From NCBI GenBank assembly GCA_022791255.1, contig JAAVYR010000003.1, forward strand, positions 14,634 to 78,633: a stretch of DNA of 64,000 bases, in the 5' to 3' direction. This DNA is from Peptococcaceae bacterium (lineage in GTDB: Bacteria; Bacillota; Dehalobacteriia; UBA4068; JAAVYR01). The notes under the pieces are model-generated. The model had not been told where the DNA came from. It searched no databases and saw nothing but the letters and a program-made list of their open reading frames with translations. The translations under genes and the position numbers were made by a program. Positions 9,582 through 20,569 of the stretch are shown here, piece by piece (position 1 is the stretch's first letter; every line of letters starts with the position of its first letter).

Positions 9582-9609
9582 AATTTATGAAAGAAGCACA
9601 CCGAATATG
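9582..9609 (-). promoter_or_regulatory. SigE-type promoter of yqfCD
   Basis: CATATT-14 nt-CATAAATT; yqfCD is SigE-controlled in B. subtilis. Confidence 0.7.
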
Positions 9610-9623
9610 TTAAGATAGCCAAC

Positions 9624-9660
9624 AAAAAAAGAAACACCGAATGTTATTTCAGTGTTTCTT
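9624..9660 (-). terminator. Intrinsic terminator of nfeD-floA-yqfB
   Basis: AAGAAACACTGAA-ATAACA-TTCGGTGTTTCTT followed by a T-run on the minus strand. Confidence 0.75.
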
Positions 9661-9682
9661 AATGACAAGATAGCATACTTAT

Positions 9683-10150
9683 TTAATACCGTCTGGACCG
9701 TTTTGCAACCGGCGGTCCTAAGATTTCTGACCACACTAATCCTGTTAGAATATTCTCTTCACTAGGTTCTAATATCTCCTGCAACCGTTCTTCCTCTGCA
9801 GAGACAGCTACCGTTGGCATGATAGGCTTAGGTTGCTTTGCCGGCCTAGTTTGGGTACTGCCTTGAGATGCCACCGACTGAGCAGAAGTTTTTCTCCGTC
9901 CATCGTCAGCGCATACCACTGTAGACCCTGCCGCTTTTGCAGGTCGGGAGACTGGTTGTTGTTTTGGCAAGGGCTCAGACTGCTTTTTTTGTGGCAATCT
10001 TTTATTTCCATAGGGCGCATATTTGCCCTTTTGCTTTCCGGAAGAAGTATTTTTTTGTTGCGCTGTTCCTTTTTTCTGCTGTTCCTTGGCAGACTTCGCC
10101 GTATTCACCAAGAACATAATCACCAAGTAGGCAATGATTAAATCAAACAA
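9683..10150 (-). CDS. YqfB-like membrane-anchored basic protein
   Basis: N-terminal hydrophobic segment, K/Q/P-rich body, C-terminal GLVWSEILGPP motif typical of the gene after floA. Confidence 0.7.
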   Translation of the reverse strand: MFDLIIAYLVIMFLVNTAKSAKEQQKKGTAQQKNTSSGKQKGKYAPYGNKRLPQKKQSEPLPKQQPVSRPAKAAGSTVVCADDGRRKTSAQSVASQGSTQTRPAKQPKPIMPTVAVSAEEERLQEILEPSEENILTGLVWSEILGPPVAKRSRRY

Positions 10151-10162
10151 GGGTATCCCCCC

Positions 10163-11176
10163 TTATTTTTTTAGGCTATCGGAAGTCACAGCTGTTTCTT
10201 TATCTTTGTTTACCCCAGCAATGCCTTCCCGCATTTTGGTGTCAGACTGGATATTTTGCATATTATAATAATCCATGACGCCTAAGTTACCATTGATGAA
10301 AGCTTGGGCCATAGCCTTTGGCACTTCGGCCTCGGCTTCTACTACCTTTGCCCGCATTTCCTGTACGGCCGCCTTCATTTCTTGTTCCTTTGCTACAGCC
10401 ATAGCCCGCCGTTCTTCCGCTTTTGCCTGAGCGATGCGTTTATCAGCCTCCGCTTGGTCTGTTTGCAATTGGGCCCCAATGTTTCTGCCAACATCCACAT
10501 CTGCAATATCAATGGACAAGATTTCAAAAGCCGTCCCTGCGTCTAACCCTTTAGAAAGCACTGTTTGAGAAATCCGGTCTGGATTTTCCAATACCGCCTT
10601 ATGGGTTTCACTAGAACCAACAGTGGTAACAATACCTTCGCCTACACGAGCAATGATGGTTTCTTCGCCGGCACCCCCTACCAAGCGGTCGATATTAGCC
10701 CGCACAGTCACGCGAGCCTTGGCCCGTACTTCGATACCATCTTTGGCTACTGCCGCAACGATTGGAGTTTCAATAACCTTTGGATTTACACTCATTTGCA
10801 CCGCTTCCAGCACGTTCCGCCCAGCCAAGTCAATGGCTGCTGCCCGCTCAAAAAGTAATGGAATATTAGCCCGCTCAGCAGCAATTAATGCATTAACGAC
10901 TCTGTCTACATTCCCACCAGCCAAATAGTGGGCTTCTAATTGACTAACTTTTACATTTAAACCTGCTTTTTCTGCTTTAATCAAAGGATTAACGATTTTT
11001 ACTGGAGATACTCGCCGTAATCGCATCCCGATTAAGTCCACAATGCCGACCTTTACCCCTGCTGCCAGAGCTGAAATCCACAAACCAATAGGGATAAAGC
11101 TCAAAATGACCATAAAGGCCAGCAGTAAAATGGTTACCATGATGATAATGGTAATATAACCGCCTAAACTACCCAT
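10163..11176 (-). CDS. floA: Flotillin-like protein FloA (YqfA)
   Basis: [43 protein letters not shown] and GVMDYYNM motifs. Confidence 0.96.
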   Translation of the reverse strand: MGSLGGYITIIIMVTILLLAFMVILSFIPIGLWISALAAGVKVGIVDLIGMRLRRVSPVKIVNPLIKAEKAGLNVKVSQLEAHYLAGGNVDRVVNALIAAERANIPLLFERAAAIDLAGRNVLEAVQMSVNPKVIETPIVAAVAKDGIEVRAKARVTVRANIDRLVGGAGEETIIARVGEGIVTTVGSSETHKAVLENPDRISQTVLSKGLDAGTAFEILSIDIADVDVGRNIGAQLQTDQAEADKRIAQAKAEERRAMAVAKEQEMKAAVQEMRAKVVEAEAEVPKAMAQAFINGNLGVMDYYNMQNIQSDTKMREGIAGVNKDKETAVTSDSLKK

Positions 11177-11239
11177 ATGTCCTCCTCCTTTTTGTCAAAC
11201 CATTTTCATAAAATATATTTATATAAAACTTTATTTTTC

Positions 11240-12658
11240 TTATTCTTCTTCTGTTTGCGGAATAATCTCCCGCACAATCACCCGAGCACTTTCTACTCTC
11301 ATCACACGGACCATAGCACCAGCAGGAATAAACTCCCCTTCGCTAATAACATCGATACGCTCCCCATCAAAGAGCCCAGCCCCGGCCGGTCTTAATGGAG
11401 TGATAGCCACCCCGTTTTTCCCTTCTAAGTTGCTTAGCTCTCGACGAGGCGCTGCATAACCTTCATCATTTTTTTGTTTTTGGCTCAAGATGAGACGGTT
11501 CCAAATGCTTCGCGTTCGGGAATATTTAAAACTCAGGAAAATCAAAATAACGGAAGCGACCAATGCCACCAAAAGAGAAATAGCCGCTTGTTCCAAAGAA
11601 GGTGAAGCAAACACAATACTTGCCACGATAGAGAGAATACCGGCAAGTCCGGTAATGCCTACCCCAGGCACCACAAAAATCTCTAGGAAAATCAATACCA
11701 TCCCTACTAAAAAGAGGATAACAGCCCCCCAACCTGCATAGCCAGACATTAAGTTACCGGCAAAAAACAGGGAAAAGGAAAAGACCCCAATGGTACCAAA
11801 AACGCCAAAACCTACTGTCAGCAACTCAATAATAATGCCGGCAATACCTAATGTCAGCAGCACTGGGCTTACAAAAGGACTGGTCAAAAACTGCGCCATT
11901 TTTTCTTTGGTAGTGGGTTCCACGCTCACCACTTGCGGATCAGAAAAATTCATTTTCGCAAAAATTGCCGCTTCGTCCTCAGCAATAAAATCTGCCATAT
12001 TTAAGTCTACTGCCTCCCCGGCAGTAAGCGTTAAGAGCTTGCCTTTCTCTACCACACCAGGGATTTCGATGCGGCTGTCCGCCATAGCAGCGGCAATCTC
12101 ACCATTCCGATGGTGATATTCAGCTGCGCCTGCCAATTCTTTAGACCACATAGAGACAACCTTTTCATCAGCGATTTGGTCCCCCTGCCGTGGTTCTGCA
12201 GCACCCATAGTCGTCCCCGGCGCCATCACCAGCACATTACCAGAAAGAGCAATGAGAGAACCGGCAGAGATAGCCTTTTGCTCTACAAAGCAAATGGTCG
12301 GTGTAGATGAAGAAATAATGGTATTTTTAATATTCATAGCAGCGTCTACCAAGCCGCCGTAAGTATCAATTTTTAATAACACATAATCAGCATGGTTTGC
12401 TTTTGCCTCTTCATAACCCCGAACGATAAAATTTGCCGCCCCTCGGTCAATGTCGCCTTTTAAAGTAATGGTATAAATTACCGGATTGGTTTTATTCTGG
12501 TCTGCATCATTTCCTACGGTAATAGAAACAGCCGCCTCACTACCAACCGTCACCGTATAATTACTCTCCGGCTCGTCGGCGAAGACCATGCCTGCCATTC
12601 CTAAAACCCAGGTAAATACAAAGCATAATAAAAAAAGCATGGACCATACTTTTTTCAT
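11240..12658 (-). CDS. nfeD: NfeD-family membrane-bound serine protease (YqeZ)
   Basis: Signal peptide, IDTYGG, AISAG, MAPGTTMGAA ClpP-like domain, TM region, C-terminal TPLRPAG OB fold; ATG 12658 behind GGAGG. Confidence 0.92.
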   Translation of the reverse strand: MKKVWSMLFLLCFVFTWVLGMAGMVFADEPESNYTVTVGSEAAVSITVGNDADQNKTNPVIYTITLKGDIDRGAANFIVRGYEEAKANHADYVLLKIDTYGGLVDAAMNIKNTIISSSTPTICFVEQKAISAGSLIALSGNVLVMAPGTTMGAAEPRQGDQIADEKVVSMWSKELAGAAEYHHRNGEIAAAMADSRIEIPGVVEKGKLLTLTAGEAVDLNMADFIAEDEAAIFAKMNFSDPQVVSVEPTTKEKMAQFLTSPFVSPVLLTLGIAGIIIELLTVGFGVFGTIGVFSFSLFFAGNLMSGYAGWGAVILFLVGMVLIFLEIFVVPGVGITGLAGILSIVASIVFASPSLEQAAISLLVALVASVILIFLSFKYSRTRSIWNRLILSQKQKNDEGYAAPRRELSNLEGKNGVAITPLRPAGAGLFDGERIDVISEGEFIPAGAMVRVMRVESARVIVREIIPQTEEE

Positions 12659-12826
12659 TTTGGCACCTCCAATAAATTTTCCATATGCAAAATGTATGTT
12701 CCTGCTGTAAAATCCCATATGGTTTGTTAAATTTATTTTATTATCACACTGTTTTCTTAAAAGGACCTTAATCTTTTCTTAATATTCCCCACAAATCACC
12801 CATCTATGCCTAACCAGATACATAAT

Positions 12827-12860
12827 AAAATAAAACCCGATACTTAACATATCGGGTTTT
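12827..12860 (-). terminator. Intrinsic terminator after rpsU
   Basis: AAAACCCGATA...TATCGGGTTTT inverted repeat with flanking T-runs. Confidence 0.75.
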
Positions 12861-12906
12861 TCCTGCAAATATAACAAAAACATGTATCAGCCTGCAAAAG
12901 TGCAAA

Positions 12907-13083
12907 CTAATTCCATTTCCGTTTTCTTGCTGCTTCGGCCTTTTTCTTTCTTTTTACACTAGGCTTTTCATAATGTTCATGTTTACGAATTTCAGCCATC
13001 ACGCCAGCCTTTTGGCAGGTGCGTTTAAAACGGCGCAAAGCACTATCTAAGCTTTCATTTTTTCCAACGCGAACTTCACTCAT
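12907..13083 (-). CDS. rpsU: 30S ribosomal protein S21
   Basis: Manual translation (58 aa, not in the ORF track): [58 protein letters not shown]; GGAGGG RBS. Confidence 0.97.
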   Translation of the reverse strand: MSEVRVGKNESLDSALRRFKRTCQKAGVMAEIRKHEHYEKPSVKRKKKAEAARKRKWN

Positions 13084-13159
13084 TCGTATCCCCCCCTCCG
13101 CCTATCCAGGGTCCTATTGGTTAGGATGCATTTAATGACGAAATTATCATCACTAGGCT

Positions 13160-13189
13160 ATTATAATACAAGACCACCTATTTCGTCAA
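13160..13189 (-). promoter_or_regulatory. SigA-type promoter of rpsU
   Basis: TTGACG-18 nt-TATAAT. Confidence 0.7.
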
Positions 13190-13230
13190 GGACTGTATAC
13201 AGAAAACTTTAGACATCTTCCTCAGCAGAA

Positions 13231-13575
13231 CTAATCAACAAAATCGCCCAACGGTCTGCCGCCGACAAGATGATAATGGATGTGCATAACTTCCTGTCCG
13301 CTATCACCTAAGCAGTTATTTACTAAGCGAAAACCTGTTTCGGCAATGCCCAGTTCTTTAGCAATTTTTACTGCTGCTAAATGCATTTTTCCGATGATTT
13401 TGCTATCTTCTTCAGTGATTTTCGTCATATCGCTGATATGCTTTTTGGGGATAATCAATACATGAACAGGTGCTTTCGGTGCAATGTCTCGAAAAGCTAA
13501 GATATCATCATCTTCATAAACAATATTGGTATTAATTTCTTTATTTACCATTTTGCAAAAAATACAATCTGCCAT
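13231..13575 (-). CDS. hinT: HIT-family nucleotide-binding protein
   Basis: DCIFCK N-terminus and GQEVMHIHYHLVGGR histidine triad. Confidence 0.93.
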   Translation of the reverse strand: MADCIFCKMVNKEINTNIVYEDDDILAFRDIAPKAPVHVLIIPKKHISDMTKITEEDSKIIGKMHLAAVKIAKELGIAETGFRLVNNCLGDSGQEVMHIHYHLVGGRPLGDFVD

Positions 13576-13614
13576 TTTCTTTTCACCTCTTATCTATTTT
13601 GAAAAGACGCGTTT

Positions 13615-14958
13615 CTACTTGTCTTTGCTGATCTCTCCGTATATTATACCATTTTGTACGAATTTTACCAGCATTTTTCTGATGTTTCCTCGTTCCATTT
13701 CTCCAGCTTCAGCAAGGATTGGTAAATAATTTTCTGTATAGCCCTGCCAATAGGATTTCCCTGCTACTTTACAGGGCTGCTCTAAAAGGACAGCGACTTC
13801 TTTACCAATATATGCAGTCTCCACATGCTCTGTTAATCTTCTCGCTAATTGCTCTAATCTCTCGCAGCGACTTTTCTTTACCATGCTATCCACCTGGTCC
13901 GGATAGCCTGCAGCAGGCGTACCAGGTCGGATAGAGTAAGGGAATATATGGATTTTCGAAAAGCCCATTTTCTCTATGAAATCATAACTGGTTTGAAAAT
14001 CTGCCTCGCTCTCTCCCGGAAAGCCCACAATCACATCAGTAGTTACAGCAGCAGCCGGGAATAATTCCTTAATACGAGCAATGACGCCACTATAATCTGC
14101 TGTTTTATAATCCCGCCCCATGGCAGCTAAAGTTTTATCACAACCAGACTGCAGTGGAATATGAAAATGCCGGCAAATATTCCCATGGCGCGCCACCACT
14201 GCCAGCAGTTCCTCCGTCACTTCCATGGGTTCGATAGAGCCCAACCGTAACCGAGCAAGACCAGGGATAGCGGCTATTTCCTCTACTAGCTTAGCTAAGT
14301 TTTCTCCTGGTGCTAAATCTTTCCCATAAGCACCGATATGGATACCAGAGAGAACAATTTCCGCGTAACCGGCAGTTACCATTTTCTCTGCAAAATCAAT
14401 CGCCTGCTTTAGCGGCAGACTGCGTACCTTACCCCTAGCATAGGGCACAATACAATAAGTGCAAAAATTCTCACAGCCATCCTGGATTTTTAAAAACCCG
14501 CGGGTTCTGTCCCCACTGCCAATTGTCTCCGAAATAGGTGTAAACACCGACACTTCGCTTACATCCGATACCTGCACCTCGATACTCTGCCCCTGTAAAC
14601 GGCTAGCCAATAAAGAGACCAAATTTGCCTTTTCTTCTACCCCCAACACCAGGCCGACGCCTTCGATGGCAGCAGCTTCCTCGCTATGGGTCTGTGCAAA
14701 GCAGCCGGTTACGACCACCAACGCTTCTGGATTGGTTTTTACGGCTTTGCGAATAACTTGCCGAGACTTCCTATCCGCCAAATGGGTCACGGTACAAGTA
14801 TTGATAATATAAATATCCGCCTTTTCTGTAAAAGGTACTTGAGTATATCCCGCTCGCAAAAGCTCGCTGAGCATTGCCTGAGAGTCTTCTTGATTGACCC
14901 GGCATCCTAAGGTGTGCAGGGCTACGGTCAGACCGTTTTTATTTGTCAGCTGTTCCAT
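13615..14958 (-). CDS. mtaB: tRNA t6A37 methylthiotransferase MtaB
   Basis: TLGCRVN, INTCTVT and VTGCFAQ UPF0004 cysteines; radical SAM CENFCTYC; follows rsmE; start could also be 14979. Confidence 0.93.
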   Translation of the reverse strand: MEQLTNKNGLTVALHTLGCRVNQEDSQAMLSELLRAGYTQVPFTEKADIYIINTCTVTHLADRKSRQVIRKAVKTNPEALVVVTGCFAQTHSEEAAAIEGVGLVLGVEEKANLVSLLASRLQGQSIEVQVSDVSEVSVFTPISETIGSGDRTRGFLKIQDGCENFCTYCIVPYARGKVRSLPLKQAIDFAEKMVTAGYAEIVLSGIHIGAYGKDLAPGENLAKLVEEIAAIPGLARLRLGSIEPMEVTEELLAVVARHGNICRHFHIPLQSGCDKTLAAMGRDYKTADYSGVIARIKELFPAAAVTTDVIVGFPGESEADFQTSYDFIEKMGFSKIHIFPYSIRPGTPAAGYPDQVDSMVKKSRCERLEQLARRLTEHVETAYIGKEVAVLLEQPCKVAGKSYWQGYTENYLPILAEAGEMERGNIRKMLVKFVQNGIIYGEISKDK

Positions 14959-15706
14959 GCTCTCCCACCTTTTCCCCATGCAAATCTCCCCAGGCATATC
15001 CCACCATTGTAAGTGCTGCTATGGCCGCCGTTTCCGTTCGCAGAATACGAGGCCCCATAGTTACGGTCTCGCCCCCATAGGAGCGAATAAGGTCGATTTC
15101 CTTTTCACTGATGCCCCCTTCTGGCCCAATAATAATGGCCACAGCAGATGGCTTCCCTTGCAAAAATGCACCAATACCTTTTGCTGCTTCTTCCTCCCAA
15201 GGCGTGAGGATTTTACATCCTGCCGGTAGGCTTTGCAGCGCTTGTTCTAGCTTTTGCGGCACCACCACTTCTGGGATACGATTACGACGGCATTGCTTAC
15301 CCGCCTCCATCGCGATAGCCTGCCAGCGGTCCCGTTTTTTCTTACCCTTTTCTGCTGTTAGCAGGGATACGCTCCGCTCCATAGCAATGGGTAGGATTTG
15401 ATAAACGCCTAGCTCCACACTTTTTTGGATAATCCATTCCAGCTTGTCCCCCTTGGGAAGGCCTTGGAGCAAATAAATCTCGATAGGCTGCTCCACTTGG
15501 ATATCCGGAATGGCAACTATTTTTGCAGAGAGGGCACCCTTTTCAATGGCAACAATTTCTGTCTCATAAACCAACCCTTCACAAATCACCTCTAAGCTAT
15601 CCCCCACAACGCAGCGCAACACAGCTGTAACATGCTTTGCGTCTTGCCCGGTTACGGTTATCAGCTGGTCTTTGATTTGTTCTTGGGTTACATATACTCT
15701 TGCCAT
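14939..15706 (-). CDS. rsmE: 16S rRNA m3U1498 methyltransferase RsmE
   Basis: IIQKSVELGV, IGPEGG and MGPRILRTETA motifs. Confidence 0.96.
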   Translation of the reverse strand: MARVYVTQEQIKDQLITVTGQDAKHVTAVLRCVVGDSLEVICEGLVYETEIVAIEKGALSAKIVAIPDIQVEQPIEIYLLQGLPKGDKLEWIIQKSVELGVYQILPIAMERSVSLLTAEKGKKKRDRWQAIAMEAGKQCRRNRIPEVVVPQKLEQALQSLPAGCKILTPWEEEAAKGIGAFLQGKPSAVAIIIGPEGGISEKEIDLIRSYGGETVTMGPRILRTETAAIAALTMVGYAWGDLHGEKVGEHGTADK

Positions 15707-15778
15707 TCCTTTTCATCCTTCCCATTCTACCAGTTACATTTGTTTCATTCTATCATAACTAACATAAAAAATCAGCAT

Positions 15779-15809
15779 AAAAAACAGACTGCTATCTGCA
15801 ATCTGTTTT
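15779..15809 (-). terminator. Intrinsic terminator after prmA
   Basis: Minus strand AAAACAGATTGC-AGATA-GCAGTCTGTTTTTT. Confidence 0.6.
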
Positions 15810-15817
15810 CTGTTTGC

Positions 15818-16741
15818 TTATTTGCATAATGTCATTGCCACCCAACCGTCCTCCCGGACAATTTCCTTGACTTTCAGTGCAGTTCTATCAATGGCAGCCT
15901 GCACATCGGCTTCTCTAGTATCAATAATCCCGGAAATAATAAACACACCTTCCGGTGCCAAAAATCTCTCAATATCTCCTAAAAGCTGGATAATCACATC
16001 TGCTACAATATTGGCAATGACGATATCGTATTGTCCCGTTACCGTCTCCAGTAAATCCCCACACTCTGCCGTCACTTTATCTTGCACGCCATTTTGAGCA
16101 ATGTTTTCTGCCGCAATCTTTACCGCCGCAGCGTCAATATCCACTGCAAGGACAGAAGCAGCACCAAGTTTTGCACTGCAAATAGCCAGGATACCGGAAC
16201 CAGTACCGATATCCAATACTTTTTTTCCAGCAAGACTTTCTTTTTCCAGGAGTCGCAAGCAGTTTTTGGTAGTAGCATGTCCCCCAGTGCCAAAGGCCAT
16301 GCCAGGGTCTAGCTCAATGACGATTTCATCAGCAGCCGCTTGATAACTCTCCCAAGTAGGCTTCACCACAATGTGCTCGCCTAGTTTTTCTGTTTGGTAA
16401 AATTCTTTCCAGGCTTCTGCCCACTGCTCTTCCCGGATTTCCTCTGTTTGGCAGGTATAGTTATCACCACTATCAGCCAGCAAATCCGTAAGCCGCTGAT
16501 GCAGCAAGTTTTCCGTCGCTTCCCAGCCCTCTATGGGGAAAAAGCCTTTCACTACAATAGGCGCGTCGGAAGCCGGCGGCACCAGGTCACAGCCCATGTT
16601 GTCTTTATCCTGGATTTTACGGTTATAGAGGTCTCTAGGGTCTTCGATACTAACCCCTTCCGCATCACATTCAAATAATAAATTAGAAAGCAATTCCTCC
16701 CATTGGGGAGGAATTGTAATACTTACGCATTTACATGCCAT
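15818..16741 (-). CDS. prmA: Ribosomal protein L11 methyltransferase
   Basis: LDPGMAFGTGGHATT and VLDIGTGSGIL motifs; follows dnaJ. Confidence 0.96.
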   Translation of the reverse strand: MACKCVSITIPPQWEELLSNLLFECDAEGVSIEDPRDLYNRKIQDKDNMGCDLVPPASDAPIVVKGFFPIEGWEATENLLHQRLTDLLADSGDNYTCQTEEIREEQWAEAWKEFYQTEKLGEHIVVKPTWESYQAAADEIVIELDPGMAFGTGGHATTKNCLRLLEKESLAGKKVLDIGTGSGILAICSAKLGAASVLAVDIDAAAVKIAAENIAQNGVQDKVTAECGDLLETVTGQYDIVIANIVADVIIQLLGDIERFLAPEGVFIISGIIDTREADVQAAIDRTALKVKEIVREDGWVAMTLCK

Positions 16742-16755
16742 ATATTTGACCTCAT

Positions 16756-17940
16756 CTATTCTTTATCATTATTGTTATTAAATACTTTGTTAAAAAAGCC
16801 TTTGGGCGCTTTCTCATCTTTGTCGCCACTAGCTACATTTTCATTTACCGGTGTACCATCATAGCTGGCCGCAAAAGCTTTGAGCATTTCCTTTTGCTCT
16901 TTGGTGAGCCGCGTTGGTGTTACCACTTTGATTTTTACATGTTGGTCGCCTCTGCCATAGCCTCTGAGCCGCGGGAAACCTTTCCCCCGCACACGGAAGG
17001 TAGTACCGCCTTGGGTGCCGGCAGGAATAGTTAGTTTTACTTGTCCCTCTAGAGTCGGCACTTGCACCTCGCAACCCAGGGCCGCCTGAGCAAAGCTAAT
17101 GCTATGTTCGCAAACCACATCATCATTACGCCGCTGGAAGATTTTATGCGGTGCTAGAGAAATATAAACATATAAGTCACCAGAAGGACCACCCAAGGTG
17201 CCCACTTCCCCTTCACCAGCCACCCGCATACGAGAACCAGTATCTACCCCAGCAGGGATTTGTACCACGATATTTTTCTTCCGTTTTACCTTCCCGCTGC
17301 CATGACAGGATTTACATGGCTTTTCGATAATAACGCCCTTTCCTTGACAACGAGGACAGGTTTTTACTGTCTGGAATTGACCAAAAGGTGTATTTTGATT
17401 AATTCGTATTTTCCCTGTACCACTGCACTGACCGCATTTTGTAGGTTGGCTGCCAGGTTCTGCACCGCTGCCCTCACAGGTATCGCACTTTTCATAGCGC
17501 TCTACGGTGATTTCTTTTTTGATGCCAGCTACCGCTTCTTCAAAGGTCACCTGGATATCCACCCGTAAGTCGTTGCCTTTTTGCGGACGGTTGCTTTTGC
17601 CGCCACCACCGCCACCAAAGAACGCTTCAAAAATATCACCAAAGCCACCACCAAAGTCTGCCCCATTAAAGCCGCCACCAAAACCACCAAACCCGCCAAA
17701 GTCAGGCCCAGCACCGTTTGCCCCCGCATGGCCAAACTGGTCATAGCCAGCACGTTTTTGCGGGTCGCTTAAGACCTCATATGCCTCGTTAACTTCTTTG
17801 AATTTTTCTTCAGCAGTTTTACTGTCTGGGTTTAAGTCTGGGTGATATTGTTTCGCCATCTTTTTATAGGCTTTTTTGATTTCTTCATCTGTGGCAGTTT
17901 TCGGCACGCCCAGTACTTCATAATAATCTCTTTTTTCCAT
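16756..17940 (-). CDS. dnaJ: Chaperone DnaJ
   Basis: J-domain HPD, G/F-rich linker, four CxxCxGxG repeats. Confidence 0.98.
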   Translation of the reverse strand: MEKRDYYEVLGVPKTATDEEIKKAYKKMAKQYHPDLNPDSKTAEEKFKEVNEAYEVLSDPQKRAGYDQFGHAGANGAGPDFGGFGGFGGGFNGADFGGGFGDIFEAFFGGGGGGKSNRPQKGNDLRVDIQVTFEEAVAGIKKEITVERYEKCDTCEGSGAEPGSQPTKCGQCSGTGKIRINQNTPFGQFQTVKTCPRCQGKGVIIEKPCKSCHGSGKVKRKKNIVVQIPAGVDTGSRMRVAGEGEVGTLGGPSGDLYVYISLAPHKIFQRRNDDVVCEHSISFAQAALGCEVQVPTLEGQVKLTIPAGTQGGTTFRVRGKGFPRLRGYGRGDQHVKIKVVTPTRLTKEQKEMLKAFAASYDGTPVNENVASGDKDEKAPKGFFNKVFNNNNDKE

Positions 17941-17973
17941 ATTGCCACCCTTATAAAAAATTCTTGGCAGATT

Positions 17974-18014
17974 AGCCAGATAGCAGCGTTACCCATTAAC
18001 GCCGCTATCTAGCT
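17974..18014 (-). other. 18-bp intergenic stem-loop between dnaK and dnaJ
   Basis: AGCTAGATAGCGGCGTTA-ATGGG-TAACGCTGCTATCTGGCT; fully paired on the mRNA strand with two G-U pairs; no U-tract. Confidence 0.65.
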
Positions 18015-18048
18015 TCCTCATATAATATACTCTTAAAATCTGTTATGC

Positions 18049-19878
18049 CTATTTATCTTCGTCTACAATTTCAGCGTCTACTACATTATCATCGCCTGCA
18101 GCTGCGCCTGCTGCCCCTGCTGCATCTGCTGCTTGTTGGGCTTGCGCCGCTTCGCCATACACCCGTTCAGATACTTTGTATAGTGCTTGGGTCAACACTT
18201 CCATTTTTGCTTCGATGTCAGCAATGTCACCGCCAGAGATAGCCGTTTCCAGTTCGCCTTTAGCAGCCAGGATACTGTCTTTTTCTTCCGGTTGTACTTT
18301 GTCTTCAAAGTCTTTTAATGTCTTATCTACTTGATAAATCATAGCGTCTGCTTGATTTCTTACTTCTACTTCTTTCTTCCGTTTTTCGTCTTCTTCCTTA
18401 TATTTATCAGCGTCTTGCATCATTCTTTGGATTTCATCATCAGAAAGCCCACCAGAAGAAGTAATGGTAATAGATTGAGATTGACCAGTACCCAAGTCTT
18501 TGGCACTAACATTTACAATGCCGTTGGCGTCAATATCAAACTTTACTTCGATTTGCGGGATACCGCGAGGCGCCGGTGCAATACCCGTTAAGTTAAACCG
18601 CCCCAAGCTCTTGTTATCAGCAGCCATGGGCCGTTCCCCTTGCAATACATGGACTTCTACAGAAGGTTGATTATCAGCCGCAGTAGAGAAGATTTGGCTT
18701 TTTCCCGTAGGAATGGTGGTGTTTCTGTCAATAATTCTGGTAAATACACCACCCATGGTTTCAATACCTAAAGACAATGGCGTTACATCTAAGAGCAATA
18801 CATCTTTTACTTCTTTATTCAAGATACCGCCTTGAATGGCAGCACCCAAGGCTACACATTCGTCAGGGTTAATGCCTTTATGTGGTTCTTTACCAATTAA
18901 CTTTTTAATGGCTTCCTGTACAGCAGGAATACGAGAAGAACCGCCGACCAACAATACTTTGTCAATTTCAGAAGCGGATACACCGGCATCCTGCATAGCT
19001 TGACGAGTTGGCCCCATGGTTTTTTCTACTAAGTCAGCAGTAAGTTCATCAAATTTTGCCCGCGTCAGGTTAATATCCAAGTGTTTCGGACCGTCTTGGT
19101 TGGCAGTGATGAATGGCAAGTTAATGTTAGAAGTCAATACACCAGAAAGCTCGATTTTTGCTTTTTCTGCAGCTTCCCGTAACCGCTGCATGGCCACTTT
19201 ATCACCGGATAAGTCAATGCCTTCTTGTTTTTTGAATTCCGCCAAAAGATAGTCGATAACCCGTTTATCAAAGTCATCGCCACCTAAATGATTGTTACCG
19301 CTGGTAGCTTTTACTTGGAATACACCGTCGTCTAATTCCAATAAAGATACATCGAAGGTACCGCCCCCTAAGTCAAAGACAAGTACCGTTTGGGTTTCCC
19401 CTTTGTCTAAGCCATAAGCAAGGGCTGCAGCTGTCGGTTCATTAATAATCCGCAATACATCCAGACCTGCGATTTTCCCAGCATCTTTGGTAGCTTGCCG
19501 TTGACTGTCAGAGAAATATGCCGGTACAGTAATAACAGCTTGGTTTACCGTTTCCCCCAGATAGCTTTCAGCGTCCGCTTTTAATTTCTGCAGAATAAAA
19601 GCAGAGATTTCTTGAGGCGTATATTTTTTCCCATCAATATCTACAGTATAGTTTTCACCCATGTGCCGTTTAATAGAAATAACGGTTTTATCAGGATTGG
19701 TAATCGCTTGTCGTTTAGCCACTTGCCCTACCAATCTTTCTCCGTTAGATTGAAAGCCCACTACAGAAGGAGTGGTTCTTGCACCTTCCGGATTGGGGAT
19801 GACAGTAGACTCCCCGCCTTCGATTACCGCTACACAAGAGTTCGTTGTACCTAAGTCAATACCAATTACTTTACCCAT
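18049..19878 (-). CDS. dnaK: Chaperone DnaK (Hsp70)
   Basis: [26 protein letters not shown] and [14 protein letters not shown] motifs. Confidence 0.99.
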   Translation of the reverse strand: MGKVIGIDLGTTNSCVAVIEGGESTVIPNPEGARTTPSVVGFQSNGERLVGQVAKRQAITNPDKTVISIKRHMGENYTVDIDGKKYTPQEISAFILQKLKADAESYLGETVNQAVITVPAYFSDSQRQATKDAGKIAGLDVLRIINEPTAAALAYGLDKGETQTVLVFDLGGGTFDVSLLELDDGVFQVKATSGNNHLGGDDFDKRVIDYLLAEFKKQEGIDLSGDKVAMQRLREAAEKAKIELSGVLTSNINLPFITANQDGPKHLDINLTRAKFDELTADLVEKTMGPTRQAMQDAGVSASEIDKVLLVGGSSRIPAVQEAIKKLIGKEPHKGINPDECVALGAAIQGGILNKEVKDVLLLDVTPLSLGIETMGGVFTRIIDRNTTIPTGKSQIFSTAADNQPSVEVHVLQGERPMAADNKSLGRFNLTGIAPAPRGIPQIEVKFDIDANGIVNVSAKDLGTGQSQSITITSSGGLSDDEIQRMMQDADKYKEEDEKRKKEVEVRNQADAMIYQVDKTLKDFEDKVQPEEKDSILAAKGELETAISGGDIADIEAKMEVLTQALYKVSERVYGEAAQAQQAADAAGAAGAAAGDDNVVDAEIVDEDK

Positions 19879-19978
19879 TTTATATTACCTCCTTAAAATG
19901 CTCCGTTATAGTTTATGCCGGCCTTTAGCTTTTGCTATTACCAGCAAGGATTTTCTTTTTATGATTAATTTATGTTTC

Positions 19979-20551
19979 CTATTGGCCTACTTTTACCATG
20001 CTAGGGCGCAAGAGTTTATCTTTGAAGCGATACCCCTTTTGTAGCTCCTCTACGACAATGCCGCTTTGAGATGCCGCCCCTTCCACCATGGCGATGGCTT
20101 CATGCCATTGAGGGTCAAAAGCTTCTCCTACAGCAGGGATTACCTCTAAACCTAGATTTTGCAGCGTATCTAATAATTGCCGATAAACCATTTCTACCCC
20201 TACTACAAAATCCTTCGCTTCTGCACATGTTTTCCCGCCTGCCAATGCCCGCTCTAAGTTGTCTAAAACAGGTAACAGCCCAGTCAGGCCATCACAGATA
20301 GCAAACTTCGCTGTATCTTCCCGTTCCTGCCGTGCCCGCTTGCGGAAATTATCAAAGTCTGCTTGCAGCCGCACATATTGTTGCACCATTTCCTCTTTTT
20401 CCGCCAGCTCTTGCTCTAATGCCTGGATACTGTCTGTCATCTCTTCCGGCGTCAGAATTTCTACGTCTGCAGTTTCGCCAGCCCCTGTATCCTCTACTTC
20501 AGCCGTTACGACTTCCGCTTCTTCTGTCACCTCTTTTATATGTTCGCTCAC
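19979..20551 (-). CDS. grpE: Nucleotide exchange factor GrpE
   Basis: RLQADFDNFRKR, LLPVLDNLERAL, FDPQWHEA and LRPSMVKV motifs. Confidence 0.97.
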   Translation of the reverse strand: MSEHIKEVTEEAEVVTAEVEDTGAGETADVEILTPEEMTDSIQALEQELAEKEEMVQQYVRLQADFDNFRKRARQEREDTAKFAICDGLTGLLPVLDNLERALAGGKTCAEAKDFVVGVEMVYRQLLDTLQNLGLEVIPAVGEAFDPQWHEAIAMVEGAASQSGIVVEELQKGYRFKDKLLRPSMVKVGQ

Positions 20552-20569
20552 TGCGGTTTCCCTCCTCTA

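Noticed and set aside
12660-12830. SigW-type promoter for nfeD-floA-yqfB, as in B. subtilis
   Set aside because: No TGAAAC-N16-CGTA match found on the minus strand.
17590-17710. GGN/TTT repeat-rich tract
   Set aside because: It encodes the normal G/F-rich linker of DnaJ.
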